64,000 nt of DNA, taken from positions 266,209 to 330,208 of IMG/VR virus record IMGVR_UViG_3300029983_000007; one strand, given 5' to 3'. The notes below the pieces were generated by a model. The model was not told where the DNA came from, made no database searches, and saw only the letters and a list, made by a program, of their open reading frames with translations. This document shows, piece by piece, positions 1 through 9,914 of the stretch. How positions within the stretch are numbered: position 1 is the first letter of the stretch; every line of letters starts with the position of its first letter. The position numbers and the translations under genes were made by a program.

Positions 1-2
1 TG

Positions 3-347
3 CCAATTGGCGGTGCAACAGATGAAGAATACGATGAAGTTGCTCAGGAGAATTGCGATTGGTATGATGGAACATTACAATCAATAAAAGATGGCATCAA
101 TACTGTCAACTCTTTTGATTTTGCAAGTGAAGGACCAGATTTTGTATTGGGCATAAATTATGAAGGAAACTTAGAAGATGAATCAGCAGAATTTGGTGAT
201 CTTTATATTTTTTTTAAAGATTACAGAAAGATTGAACTGATTTTTGTTTATGATTGTAAAAAGGAGAAATATTATAGTCCACACATATTCAAAAATCTTT
301 ATCGTACTCCTGGATTATACAATAATATAGATAAATTTAACTTATGA
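3..347 (+). CDS. KFNL-tag family protein, 5'-truncated by window edge
   Basis: Frame is open from base 3; ends IDKFNL with ATGA overlap to next ORF. Confidence 0.8.
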   Translation, partial: PIGGATDEEYDEVAQENCDWYDGTLQSIKDGINTVNSFDFASEGPDFVLGINYEGNLEDESAEFGDLYIFFKDYRKIELIFVYDCKKEKYYSPHIFKNLYRTPGLYNNIDKFNL

Positions 348-697
348 AATATATAAAAAAATTTGAAAAATTTGAAAATATTCTAAAAATAGGAGATTAT
401 GTTTTGGCTATATCAAAGGCTAATGATGTGATTTTCACCAGTTATATTAACAATTCAATCGGTGAAGTAATTAAAATTACTCCTGTATATTCTAAAAATG
501 AAGGAAATAAATATAAAGTATACGATGATATTGATATTAGATATTATGGTGTACCAAAAAGTGAAATTGATTTGTTTACAAAAGAAAAAAAGCATAACTC
601 ATATAAAATAAAATTTCCTTCGTATATGATTTATAAATTTTCAGAAAATAAAGAAGAATTAGAAATTGAAATAAACGCAAATAAATTTAACTTATGA
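344..697 (+). CDS. Dual-tag (MKYIKKFE...KFNL) small protein, GDYV SH3/KOW-like subfamily
   Basis: MKYIKKFE start, IGDYVL motif, ANKFNL end, ATGA coupling. Confidence 0.85.
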   Translation: MKYIKKFEKFENILKIGDYVLAISKANDVIFTSYINNSIGEVIKITPVYSKNEGNKYKVYDDIDIRYYGVPKSEIDLFTKEKKHNSYKIKFPSYMIYKFSENKEELEIEINANKFNL

Positions 698-1005
698 AAT
701 ATATAAAAAAATTCGAACAGAATATAGATTTACCAGAAAGAGGTGATTATGTATTAATGAATAGTTATGGAATATCTGAAGTTGAATATTTTGTAACTCA
801 TAATTATGGAGTATATCTTAATGCTTATATTGATAAATTGACTAAAGATCCAAAAATTAGAGTTAGATATGAAAATATACCAGGCAACATAGCTTTGTTT
901 TTTCATGATGACACAATAACATTTGATATGGAGTTATTAGTTGCTTATGGTAAAACAATAGAAGAGTTAGAAATGAAATTAAAAGCAAATAAGTTTAACT
1001 TATGA
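694..1005 (+). CDS. Dual-tag small protein, GDYV subfamily
   Basis: MKYIKKFE, RGDYVL, VRYENIP, ANKFNL. Confidence 0.85.
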   Translation: MKYIKKFEQNIDLPERGDYVLMNSYGISEVEYFVTHNYGVYLNAYIDKLTKDPKIRVRYENIPGNIALFFHDDTITFDMELLVAYGKTIEELEMKLKANKFNL

Positions 1006-1331
1006 AATATATTAAAAAATTTGAATTGAATACAAATATACCTGAGATTGGTGATTATATATTGACAGTATATGACATAAAAAATGATAGAAATACTTCT
1101 ATTAATCAGTTAAAAAAATTCATAGATAATACCATAGGAATAGTAGTAGATGACTTAGAATTTGGTGTACATAATAATTATGTTCGTGTAAAATATGAAA
1201 ACATTCCTGAAAATATAAAGAATTTTTTTATAGATGATAGAAAGAGATTTAATATTGTTAGCATAGTTGATTATGATAAAGATTTAGAAACATTAAAATA
1301 TAAAATTGAAGCAAATAAATTTAACATATGA
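1002..1331 (+). CDS. Dual-tag small protein, GDYV subfamily
   Basis: MKYIKKFE, IGDYIL, VKYENIP, ANKFNI. Confidence 0.85.
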   Translation: MKYIKKFELNTNIPEIGDYILTVYDIKNDRNTSINQLKKFIDNTIGIVVDDLEFGVHNNYVRVKYENIPENIKNFFIDDRKRFNIVSIVDYDKDLETLKYKIEANKFNI

Positions 1332-1663
1332 AATATATAAGGAAGTTTGAAGAAAAAAATAGTGAACCAAAGGAAGGAGATTATGTATTAATGAATTCTA
1401 CAATGATGAATCCTAATCTAAATGAATTTATTGATAATGAAGTTGGTAAAATCGTAAAAATTGATGATAAACGTGGTTTCATATCAGTAGAAGTTGAATA
1501 TGAAAATATTCCTATGGAAATTGCAAGCTTATTTGGATATAATGATTATAAAAATCATGAAAATACAGGAATAAAAGTTTTTTTAATGAGTAGTATAATT
1601 GAATTTTCTGATAACAAAACAGATTTAGAATATAAAATAAACGCAAGAAAATTTAACTTATGA
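1328..1663 (+). CDS. Dual-tag small protein, GDYV subfamily
   Basis: MKYIRKFE, EGDYVL, VEYENIP, ARKFNL. Confidence 0.85.
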   Translation: MKYIRKFEEKNSEPKEGDYVLMNSTMMNPNLNEFIDNEVGKIVKIDDKRGFISVEVEYENIPMEIASLFGYNDYKNHENTGIKVFLMSSIIEFSDNKTDLEYKINARKFNL

Positions 1664-1998
1664 AACATATAAAAAAATTTGAAATATATAAACAGTGGGA
1701 TAATGAAAATAGATATTGGGAAGTGACATTGTTACGTCCATATTTTATTTTATCATTAAGAAAAATCGGAGTTCCAAATGATTTAATTGCGGAATGGGAT
1801 GAACAGTACTTAAATGAAGATCATATTGTATACGTATATAAAGAAGAAATTAAAAATTATGATAGTTTGATTGATGACTATGATATTATAACTGAATGGA
1901 GATTGCAGCTAGATAAAGATGACAGAGATAAATATATATTTGGAGGTAGAATTAAACTTAGAGAATTTGAAATAGATGCAGATAAATTTAACTTATGA
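1660..1998 (+). CDS. Dual-tag small protein (paralog of 37152-37469)
   Basis: MKHIKKFE ... EIDADKFNL. Confidence 0.85.
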   Translation: MKHIKKFEIYKQWDNENRYWEVTLLRPYFILSLRKIGVPNDLIAEWDEQYLNEDHIVYVYKEEIKNYDSLIDDYDIITEWRLQLDKDDRDKYIFGGRIKLREFEIDADKFNL

Positions 1999-2393
1999 GA
2001 TACATAAAAACTTTTGAAAGTTCTTTAAATCAAGAAGAAAAAGAAACATTACTAAATAATACTGCTTATTATTTAGAAGAAGTTATACCAAAAATAGAAG
2101 GATTTTAAGAATGCGTATGGTCAGCCACTGATTGGATTGATTATGATGTTGATAACGATGTTGAATTTACATTTTATTTTGATACTATGTATTTTGAAGA
2201 TGAGGAAGATTTTGAAAAATTTGAAGAGTTCTTAACTGAAAACAATTTAGATAATGATATAAAAGAGAGTTATTATGACATAAAAGATAATTTTATTAAT
2301 AAAAGAATGTTAAGCATGTCAATAAAAATACCAATAAAAAAGGTGATTGAATTAGGAGAGTTATATAATTCTATGCATAAATTTAACATATAA
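1995..2393 (+). pseudogene. Dual-tag family gene interrupted by one in-frame TAA (2106-2108)
   Basis: ATG 1995 gives MRYIKTFE...EGF-TAA; the same frame continues ECVWSATDW... to MHKFNI at 2393. Confidence 0.75.
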
Positions 2394-2410
2394 AAACCAA
2401 AATAAAAAAT

Positions 2411-2419
2411 TAATATATA
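2411..2419 (+). promoter_or_regulatory. TAATATATA putative phage late promoter
   Basis: Same 9-mer recurs upstream of tag-family clusters; analogy to T4 late TATAAATA. Confidence 0.5.
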
Positions 2420-2491
2420 ATTATAACCATATCAATATTTTATCATTTTTTTATTTAAAAATGAAGATAAAATTAATATAGAGTTATAATT

Positions 2492-2704
2492 ATGAAAGTT
2501 AAAATAAACGATTTAAATCAAATCACGAAAGAAATAGCATTAGATAAACTTTCTGAATCAAACACATTAGATTTAGATCAAATCGATGAATATCTTGATA
2601 TTTTATCTGCTTTGAAGGACGGAATGATTGTTTTTAATATATCAACAACTGCAGGAGATTATATATTATTTATAACTGCGAATCAATCTAAAAATTTAAT
2701 ATAA
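2492..2704 (+). CDS. Hypothetical protein
   Basis: 70-aa ORF co-oriented with cluster, downstream of TAATATATA. Confidence 0.65.
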   Translation: MKVKINDLNQITKEIALDKLSESNTLDLDQIDEYLDILSALKDGMIVFNISTTAGDYILFITANQSKNLI

Positions 2705-2707
2705 TTC

Positions 2708-3223
2708 ATGAAATACTTAAAAACTTTTGAGAAACAAAAAGAAAAGGAAAAAGAAGATATTATATTATATAAAAATGAGGATTTTACAATTACAGTAAAT
2801 GATAAAGGTAATATGACTTATTTTAATGATTATATGTCAAAATCTCCAATTTATGGTATAATGTTTGAAATAAAAAACAAATCTAAATATTTAAATGATA
2901 CTGAATTACGAGATATTAAAATAACAGAATCAGAAAAATACTTTGCTATATTATCATTAGATCCAAAATATGAAAGTAATAGGGTTAAATATCATTCCTC
3001 TATTATAAATAACTTCTTGATAAGAAATGGAAATAAAATAGAACTATCAGATATTTCAGATAAAGCTTACACAGCATTGAATGAAAGATATTTTCCTATG
3101 ATAGAAGATATTATAAAAAAATCTGAAACAATTGGTGATTTAATTGATTATTTTAAAGTTTTATATGATGAAATAACAGAGAATTTACCTACCTATTTGG
3201 CTACATCAAAATTTAACATATAA
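2708..3223 (+). CDS. Dual-tag protein, 171 aa
   Basis: MKYLKTFE ... ATSKFNI. Confidence 0.85.
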   Translation: MKYLKTFEKQKEKEKEDIILYKNEDFTITVNDKGNMTYFNDYMSKSPIYGIMFEIKNKSKYLNDTELRDIKITESEKYFAILSLDPKYESNRVKYHSSIINNFLIRNGNKIELSDISDKAYTALNERYFPMIEDIIKKSETIGDLIDYFKVLYDEITENLPTYLATSKFNI

Positions 3224-3253
3224 AAAACTCATCAATTAAATTGATGAGTTTTT
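3223..3253. terminator. Bidirectional intrinsic terminator
   Basis: AAAAACTCATCAATT/AATTGATGAGTTTTT inverted repeat between convergent genes. Confidence 0.8.
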
Positions 3254-3255
3254 AT

Positions 3256-3948
3256 TTATTTCCATTTTTTAATAAATTCTTTTTCATTTTTTCTAAATAA
3301 AAGATCAAATCTATATCCATCACAAGTAAGAATTTTGTCCACAGAATATTTGAATTTAACTTTACCATAATGTTCATTATACTCAAACATTTTCTTACCG
3401 CAAATTTTAAATATTTTCTTACGCTTTCTTGGTAATCTCTTTCTAACCATTTCCCAACGAGAAGGATTTGGATTTTTTGGTTTTGTGTATGAATGTTTTT
3501 TACAATAATAATTGTCTTTATAATCAGTGCTATATGATGTTGGTTTACCACATTTACAGCAAGTTGTTAGTGGTTCAAATACAGTAGCTGAATATGAGCA
3601 TTTTTTACAATATGCATATCCATCTGTTCTATCTCTACGTTCCATTTCATGTTCACACACTGAAATTTTTTGAAATTTTTGCCAAGCATTTTCTTCAGCT
3701 TCTTCAATTGTATTTCCTTCTCCTCTGATAAAACAATCTGGTTGTTTTGGAAATGCTTCAAAGAATGCTGTTTCATAACATTCTTTATTTGAAAGTTCAT
3801 CAGATAATGCATCTAAAGTATTACCAGAAAAGATTTTATCTAAACTACCTGATGGTAAAACAACTCCATGTTCTCCTCCTTGACAAAAACAATTCCATTC
3901 ATACTTAGAATCATATCCTTCTTTTTTGCCTGATATTTGTACTTTCAT
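3256..3948 (-). CDS. Hypothetical Cys-rich protein (possible Zn-binding)
   Basis: 230-aa ORF with several CxxC pairs (CKKC, CCKC). Confidence 0.75.
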   Translation of the reverse strand: MKVQISGKKEGYDSKYEWNCFCQGGEHGVVLPSGSLDKIFSGNTLDALSDELSNKECYETAFFEAFPKQPDCFIRGEGNTIEEAEENAWQKFQKISVCEHEMERRDRTDGYAYCKKCSYSATVFEPLTTCCKCGKPTSYSTDYKDNYYCKKHSYTKPKNPNPSRWEMVRKRLPRKRKKIFKICGKKMFEYNEHYGKVKFKYSVDKILTCDGYRFDLLFRKNEKEFIKKWK

Positions 3949-3951
3949 GAT

Positions 3952-4167
3952 TTATTCACTTATTTCGTTTAACTGTTTTAACTTTTTTTTTCTTATTTCT
4001 TTTTCAGTATAAAAATAATTATTTATATTTGATATGAATATTTCTTCAAAATCATAAAAATAATATTCATTAATAAATATAAATCCGTTATTATTCTCAT
4101 TTTTGCCATAATACATTTTTCCTACTATAAAATTATCATTGTATGCTTTTTTACATAAATATTTCAT
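3952..4167 (-). CDS. RKxKL-tail small protein, MKYLCKK paralog
   Basis: MKYLCKKAY ... IRKKKLKQLN. Confidence 0.75.
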   Translation of the reverse strand: MKYLCKKAYNDNFIVGKMYYGKNENNNGFIFINEYYFYDFEEIFISNINNYFYTEKEIRKKKLKQLNEISE

Positions 4168-4414
4168 TTAATTTTTTCAATTTAAGTTTTCTGTTTTCTC
4201 CAATATTAATAAAATAATCTTTTAATTTTGGTTCTAAATTTCCAGACACAACAAATTTGGTATTACAAACAAAAATATATTCATATGCTAAATATTTATT
4301 TTTCAATCTAATATTGCTTAGATTATATTTATTAAGATGAATAATATTATCACTATGATAATATTCTCCTGATTTAATATAACTAGAATAAGTTTTTATA
4401 CATTTTAATCTCAT
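4151..4414 (-). CDS. RKxKL-tail small protein, paralog
   Basis: MRLKCIKTY ... NRKLKLKKLN. Confidence 0.75.
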   Translation of the reverse strand: MRLKCIKTYSSYIKSGEYYHSDNIIHLNKYNLSNIRLKNKYLAYEYIFVCNTKFVVSGNLEPKLKDYFINIGENRKLKLKKLNEIFM

Positions 4415-4421
4415 ATGTAAT

Positions 4422-4646
4422 CTACTGTAATTTTTTCAATTTTATTTTTCGTATTTCTTTTTCAGTATAAAAATAATCTTTTAATTTTGGTTCTGCAATT
4501 CCATCAATTACAAATTTATATCCTTTTAGATTAATATATTTAAAAAAAGAACCTGATAATAAATAATCAGAATGAATAATATCATCACAACTGCAATAAT
4601 TTCCAACATTAATGTTTCTATATGTTTTTTTACATAAATATCTCAT
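4422..4646 (-). CDS. RKxKL-tail small protein, paralog
   Basis: MRYLCKKTY ... IRKIKLKKLQ. Confidence 0.75.
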   Translation of the reverse strand: MRYLCKKTYRNINVGNYCSCDDIIHSDYLLSGSFFKYINLKGYKFVIDGIAEPKLKDYFYTEKEIRKIKLKKLQ

Positions 4647-4681
4647 ATAATAATTTTAAGTAAAAACAAAGATACAATAAA

Positions 4682-4906
4682 TTATTTAATATTACACAAT
4701 ATTTCTAATTTTATTTTTCGTATTTCTTTTTCACTATAAAAATAATCATTTATTTTTGGAGAACAATATAGATTATTATCATCTGTTAAAAAAAGTAAAC
4801 TATTTATTTGAATCATTTTAGAATTAGTTAAAATAACACAATCATAAAATTTTCCAATAATAATATCTTTTGAATATGTTTTTTTGCATAGATATTTCAT
4901 TTGCAC
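4682..4906 (-). CDS. RKxKL-tail small protein, paralog
   Basis: MKYLCKKTY ... IRKIKLEIL. Confidence 0.75.
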   Translation of the reverse strand: MQMKYLCKKTYSKDIIIGKFYDCVILTNSKMIQINSLLFLTDDNNLYCSPKINDYFYSEKEIRKIKLEILCNIK

Positions 4907-5100
4907 TTATTCATTATTGTTAATATTTCATCTTTGTCATTGATAGTATATTTTTTTAAATCATTCATTATATTTAAAGAGAATGAATCTTCAAATAATA
5001 CTACATCACTTTTAAAATATTTAAAAAAATTCAAATAATCACCTGAATTTGATATATTTTTAAGTGAATCTTTTGATATAAATCTTTTGTTGAATCCCAT
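4897..5100 (-). CDS. Hypothetical protein
   Basis: 67-aa ORF starting MGFNKRFIS, coupled to next gene. Confidence 0.65.
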   Translation of the reverse strand: MGFNKRFISKDSLKNISNSGDYLNFFKYFKSDVVLFEDSFSLNIMNDLKKYTINDKDEILTIMNKCK

Positions 5101-5195
5101 AATTTTTTATTTTTAATTTATATGATTATTAATTTGGTATGTTTTATATTTAAGAATATTTAACCACAAAATAATGATATTAATTGACATATATT

Positions 5196-5225
5196 TTTGT
5201 ATATCAGATTTTTGTTGTACTTTTG
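5196..5225 (+). promoter_or_regulatory. Bacteroidota-type primary sigma promoter
   Basis: TTTG-N18-TACTTTTG upstream of ORF 5253. Confidence 0.55.
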
Positions 5226-5252
5226 TGTATCATTAATTAAAACACAAACAAC

Positions 5253-6014
5253 ATGAAATTAATTGGATTTGCAAATAAATTTTATACTCTGTGGAGTTAT
5301 TCAGAAGAAGAGTTATATACTACAGTTAATAATCAACCATATAAATATGGAGTCAAACAGATATATTCTTATATTAAGAATATTTCTTTTGATTTAGATA
5401 AAGTAAAAGAACTTTATCCTAATGTGAAAATTGATGATGATTTGAAAGGTAAAAGTGCAAGTTGGTCAACTGAACCAAAAATTCAATATCCTGCTGAATG
5501 TTTTCATTTTGGTAAATATGAAGGAAGTTTCATAAGTGAGTGTACAGATAAATCTTATCTGATTTGGTACTTTGAAAATGGTGTTTATGATGAGCGTCGT
5601 ACAATAACAACAAACAGATTAATTGAATTAGGATGTTATTTTTATAATGATATATTATTTCAATCTATTGAATTACTTAACCAGTATACTGATCATATCA
5701 AAAAGCAAGCTGAGATTTCAAAGATGATTATAGAAACATATGAAAAATATAAAATATCTGGTATTTTTTCATATAATTTTTATAATTCATTAAGTAGTGA
5801 AGGAAATTATAGAGATAATTCTTTTGAATTTAGATTTAATGAATTTTCTCAACAGTGTTATGCTGGATATGATTATGGCTTGCCTTTAATGAATGGAAAA
5901 TCTAAAAGAATTAAAAATAAAGTTCTTGAAATGGAAGTAATTACTGAAGAAGATAAAACTTTTGGTAATAAATATCTAAGAGTTTTAAGCATCAAATCTA
6001 TAAAAAATATTTAA
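5253..6014 (+). CDS. Hypothetical protein, 253 aa
   Basis: Long ORF heading an operon; contains an FGKYxG motif. Confidence 0.75.
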   Translation: MKLIGFANKFYTLWSYSEEELYTTVNNQPYKYGVKQIYSYIKNISFDLDKVKELYPNVKIDDDLKGKSASWSTEPKIQYPAECFHFGKYEGSFISECTDKSYLIWYFENGVYDERRTITTNRLIELGCYFYNDILFQSIELLNQYTDHIKKQAEISKMIIETYEKYKISGIFSYNFYNSLSSEGNYRDNSFEFRFNEFSQQCYAGYDYGLPLMNGKSKRIKNKVLEMEVITEEDKTFGNKYLRVLSIKSIKNI

Positions 6015-6015
6015 T

Positions 6016-6819
6016 ATGATCAAAGAAGAATTAATACAGGTATTTGAAGATACTAAACTACACAGTGAAGGTATATTGAAATCTGAAACAACATATCATT
6101 CATTTGATGACAGATTAATGTCAGATGTTAGTATTCCTTGTAGTCAAAACATACAGGTTATTAATTCTGATAGTGTATCTGCTATTACAGAATATAGCAA
6201 ATTAGGGAAAACTTGTGTTCTTAATATGGCATCATTTAAACGTCCAGGTGGTGGAGTTGCAAAAGGCTCAAAAGCACAAGAAGAATGCTTATTTAGGTGC
6301 TCAAATTTGACTCATCTTATTAATACTGATAACTATCCATTAGGAGATGATAAAGCTTTATATACAAAGGATGCAGTATTTTTTAAGGATGTATATTATA
6401 ACTATATGGATGAGGTTAAATCTGATGTCATAACAATTGCAGCACTAAATCTTAAAAATATTGAGGTTAATAGTAATTTTGATACAATATCGAAAGATAA
6501 CATATCATCAATAAATTCTGATGGAGCAAAAATATCAAGGCATGATTATGAAGAATTAACAAAGGAAAAAATAAGATTAATGTTATCACTTGCAATTAAA
6601 AATGATGTTGATATTATTGTATTAGGTTCATTCGGTTGTGGTGTTTTCCAAAATGTTCCTGAAACAATGGCTAAAATGTTTAAAAAATTATTAGTAAATG
6701 AAGGATATTCTAAATATTTTGAGAAAGTAATATTTGCAATCATCAATGATAAAAACTCAGTTGGTAATAATTATGAGATTTTCAAAAATGTTTTTAGTGA
6801 TTATAATTTAATATATTAA
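6016..6819 (+). CDS. Bacterial-type poly(ADP-ribose) glycohydrolase (TIGR02452/DUF2263 macrodomain)
   Basis: VLNMAS-x3-PGGG-x6-AQEE catalytic motif, LGSFGCGVF. Confidence 0.85.
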   Translation: MIKEELIQVFEDTKLHSEGILKSETTYHSFDDRLMSDVSIPCSQNIQVINSDSVSAITEYSKLGKTCVLNMASFKRPGGGVAKGSKAQEECLFRCSNLTHLINTDNYPLGDDKALYTKDAVFFKDVYYNYMDEVKSDVITIAALNLKNIEVNSNFDTISKDNISSINSDGAKISRHDYEELTKEKIRLMLSLAIKNDVDIIVLGSFGCGVFQNVPETMAKMFKKLLVNEGYSKYFEKVIFAIINDKNSVGNNYEIFKNVFSDYNLIY

Positions 6820-6821
6820 AA

Positions 6822-7574
6822 ATGAAAAATAAGTTAAACATATTACAAACAAGAAAATTGAGTGATATTGTAAGCAATTTATATAAAGATGGTGAATTAG
6901 AAAAAATTCTACCTGAATTATGTAAATTACATACTACTACTAATGGTCATAAAAATAATTTTTATCATACATTAGGAGTACTTAACAACGTGATTGAATA
7001 TGATAATGATAACTTAAAAATGAAGATTGTCGCTTTATTACACGACATTGGAAAGATTTCTGTTAGAACAAAAAACAATGAAGGAAATTGGACATTTCAT
7101 GATCATGAAAATGTAGGTGCAAAAATGATACATAAAATTTTAAAAAGATTCAATATAACTAATAAGAAAACTGTTGATTATATTTACAGAATGGTAAAGT
7201 ATCATGGTAGGGTAAAGATGCACAGGGATGTAACAGAATCAGCTATAAGAAGGTTAGATGTAGAAGTTGGACATGATATAGTATTAGAGTTAATAGAGTT
7301 CTGTAAGTGTGACATAACAACTAAATATGATGATAAGCGTCAACGTATTGTTTCAGGATTAGATGAAATAAAGAATAGAATATTAGAGGTTCGTGAGAAA
7401 GACAAAGAATCTAAATGGCGTTCTCCAATCACAGGTATTATAATAATGAAAATGTTAGAAATTACTACTGGTAGAATGGTTGGAGACATAAAGAAAGTAA
7501 CTGATGAAAAAATAAAATCAGGTGAATGGACTGAAGAAGATGCTATTAAATATATTAATACATTTAGAAAATAA
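6822..7574 (+). CDS. HD-domain protein resembling the C-terminal half of a CCA-adding enzyme
   Basis: ILPEL, FYHTLGVL, ALLHDIGK, FHDHENVGA, C-terminal SPITGIIIM...GRMVG tail. Confidence 0.75.
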   Translation: MKNKLNILQTRKLSDIVSNLYKDGELEKILPELCKLHTTTNGHKNNFYHTLGVLNNVIEYDNDNLKMKIVALLHDIGKISVRTKNNEGNWTFHDHENVGAKMIHKILKRFNITNKKTVDYIYRMVKYHGRVKMHRDVTESAIRRLDVEVGHDIVLELIEFCKCDITTKYDDKRQRIVSGLDEIKNRILEVREKDKESKWRSPITGIIIMKMLEITTGRMVGDIKKVTDEKIKSGEWTEEDAIKYINTFRK

Positions 7575-7707
7575 TATGTAGTGTAATTAACACACTTGAT
7601 ACCCAAAAAAGGAAAACAATTATACTCAAGAGATACTGTAAAATCAGTCATATTCAGAAAAAGATAATACTTAGGTATTATCTTTTTTGTTTTATAACTC
7701 ATTATAT

Positions 7708-7716
7708 TAATATATA
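7708..7716 (+). promoter_or_regulatory. TAATATATA putative late promoter
   Basis: Motif 16 nt upstream of epimerase ATG. Confidence 0.45.
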
Positions 7717-7731
7717 AATAAAAAATAAAAA

Positions 7732-8601
7732 ATGCAAAGAGTATTAGTAACAGGAGGTTCTGGATTTGTAGGAACTAATCTTATTAAATATTTAAATAAA
7801 AATTATAAAGGTATTGAAATATCATCATTAGACAATTACTTCACAGGTAAAGAAGAAAATCATGTAGATGATGTTACATATTACAATGGTAATACATGGG
7901 ATGCTCCTGAAATATTAAAAAATAAGAAATTTGATACAGTTTTTCATTTTGGAGAATACTCTAGAATTGTAAAATCATTTGATGATATTAAATATGTCGA
8001 AAAAACAATTTTATATGGCACACCAATAATAATGGAATTGTGTAGAGAATGGAATGCAAAATTAATATATTCTGCTTCATCTTCTAAATTTGGAAATAAT
8101 GGTGAAAATGAAAATTTAGCTCCTTATTCATGGATGAAAGCAAAGATTGTTGAACTTATAAAAAATTACAATAAATGGTATAATTTACAATATGAAATTT
8201 GCTATTTTTTTAACGTGTATGGTGAAGGTCAAATAATGACAGGAGATTATGCTACTGTAATAGGCATATTTGAGCATCAATACTCAGAAGGTAACAAATG
8301 TACAGTTGTTGAGCCAGGTACTCAGAGCAGAGACTTTACCCACATTGAGGACATTGTTAGAGGTGTAGTATTATCATCTTTTACAAATATGAATCATGAA
8401 TGGTATTTACGTTCTGGAATAAATACTAGCATTATAGATGTTGCTAAAATGTTTGGAGAATTTGAATTTGTGTCTAAAAGAAGAGGAGAAAGATATAATT
8501 CAGAAGAATTTGAAACTGATACAGAAAGAGAATTAAATTGGGTACCAGAACACAAATTAGATGATTGGATTAAATCAATAAAAAACAAAAAGAGAGATTA
8601 A
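7732..8601 (+). CDS. NAD-dependent epimerase/dehydratase (extended SDR)
   Basis: VLVTGGSGFVG Rossmann motif, YSASSS, YxxxK (YSWMK), FFNVYG, RDFTHI. Confidence 0.9.
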   Translation: MQRVLVTGGSGFVGTNLIKYLNKNYKGIEISSLDNYFTGKEENHVDDVTYYNGNTWDAPEILKNKKFDTVFHFGEYSRIVKSFDDIKYVEKTILYGTPIIMELCREWNAKLIYSASSSKFGNNGENENLAPYSWMKAKIVELIKNYNKWYNLQYEICYFFNVYGEGQIMTGDYATVIGIFEHQYSEGNKCTVVEPGTQSRDFTHIEDIVRGVVLSSFTNMNHEWYLRSGINTSIIDVAKMFGEFEFVSKRRGERYNSEEFETDTERELNWVPEHKLDDWIKSIKNKKRD

Positions 8602-8616
8602 AAATCTCTCATTTTT

Positions 8617-8838
8617 TTATAATGCTCCTGATGTCCTCATATCATCTTCTAATTTTAAAACTCTTTCTTCAAGAGCTTCTTTTTTATCTTTCCACATGTA
8701 AGCTACGTTATTGTAGAATTCTAACCTCCATAATCTATTTGAATATTTCCATTCTGAATGACGTTTTAATCTGTCAATTAATGAATAATATTCAGGACTA
8801 TAAGTTTGTGAGACGTTTTGAGTTGAGTCGTTTCTCAT
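8617..8838 (-). CDS. Hypothetical protein
   Basis: ORF at end of minus-strand run. Confidence 0.6.
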   Translation of the reverse strand: MRNDSTQNVSQTYSPEYYSLIDRLKRHSEWKYSNRLWRLEFYNNVAYMWKDKKEALEERVLKLEDDMRTSGAL

Positions 8839-8843
8839 GATTA

Positions 8844-9101
8844 TTATTTAGTTACTCTTACAATAGTAAATTTTTCAGAAAAATCACCATTATCATGCTT
8901 TGTTTTTTCAACTTGAAATTCTCCTTTATTTAAAGAATTTAAGTATTTAGAAAAATTTGATTCTTCTCCTTTTGAATTTTTTCCTGAATAACCTATACAG
9001 TTAAATTCTTTTATTTCTTCTTCTGTGAGAAAATTTAATTTATCATAAAAAGATGATAAATATCCACTATTTGTTACTATGTTATGAATTTCTATAGCCA
9101 T
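8844..9101 (-). CDS. Hypothetical protein
   Basis: Internal ATG (MAIEIH) avoids overlap with upstream ORF. Confidence 0.6.
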   Translation of the reverse strand: MAIEIHNIVTNSGYLSSFYDKLNFLTEEEIKEFNCIGYSGKNSKGEESNFSKYLNSLNKGEFQVEKTKHDNGDFSEKFTIVRVTK

Positions 9102-9105
9102 AATA

Positions 9106-9492
9106 TTAATTAATTTCACATATTTGTAATTCTGAATTAACTTTTTCAACGAAAATTAATATTTTTTCTACAACTTTTTCTATTGATTTGACTGTACATT
9201 TTCTGAATTTAGAATTTAATCTATCTCTACTTGATGAATTTTTTTGATGTAAAGAACATTCAAATACTTCTACTTCACCAGATTGTTCAATACAAAATCT
9301 CAAATAGTTTGAATTTTGAATATAGCCATAATGCCAATTTTCTTTTTTATCAAAAGATAAAGTCAACATAATAGTATCTTTACCAATGCTAGCCTTTGAT
9401 ACATCAAGATACTCTACTTTGCCAGTTAGTTCATTACGTAAAAATTCAATTGCATCTACTCTTAATAAATTTTCAATATTGAAGATTCTCAT
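9106..9492 (-). CDS. Hypothetical protein
   Basis: 128-aa ORF behind TACTTTTG promoter element at 9526-9533. Confidence 0.7.
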   Translation of the reverse strand: MRIFNIENLLRVDAIEFLRNELTGKVEYLDVSKASIGKDTIMLTLSFDKKENWHYGYIQNSNYLRFCIEQSGEVEVFECSLHQKNSSSRDRLNSKFRKCTVKSIEKVVEKILIFVEKVNSELQICEIN

Positions 9493-9586
9493 ATATTTAT
9501 AACTTTAAATGATTAATTTATAATACAAAAGTACAAATAATTAGTCACATATGGAAAAAACATAAAAAGTTTTAATATTTTTTATA

Positions 9587-9913
9587 CTATTCTTCTATTA
9601 TATTACCTAATTTATCTAACTTAGTCTTTCTTACATACTGAACACATTCATCATAATATTTTTTACAATCTCTATTATAAAAAGTTTCTACATTCTGCCG
9701 TCCTTTCTCATTTGCTTCTTTAACAACATCTTTTAAGCATTCTTCACAACAGTATGACCACAATGTACTCATTCTAGTATCATCACCAAGAAAAACTGAA
9801 AATTCTTGTTTATGAGTTTTGCAGTTGTTACATAATATTGAACTTGTTCCTGAATATCCTACTATAACATGACTAAATAGTTTATAATATTCATTTTTAT
9901 CTGGTTTTTTCAT
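9587..9913 (-). CDS. RKxKL-tail protein with Cys motifs
   Basis: Start at MKKPDK; CNNC, CCEEC; ends VRKTKLDKL. Confidence 0.7.
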   Translation of the reverse strand: MKKPDKNEYYKLFSHVIVGYSGTSSILCNNCKTHKQEFSVFLGDDTRMSTLWSYCCEECLKDVVKEANEKGRQNVETFYNRDCKKYYDECVQYVRKTKLDKLGNIIEE

Positions 9914-9914
9914 A

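Noticed and set aside
320-347. KFNL tail as merely a translation-initiation signal for the next gene
   Set aside because: The motif persists at operon ends, varies synonymously and lacks the A at -3 typical of Bacteroidota starts; only the last residue is explained by the overlap.
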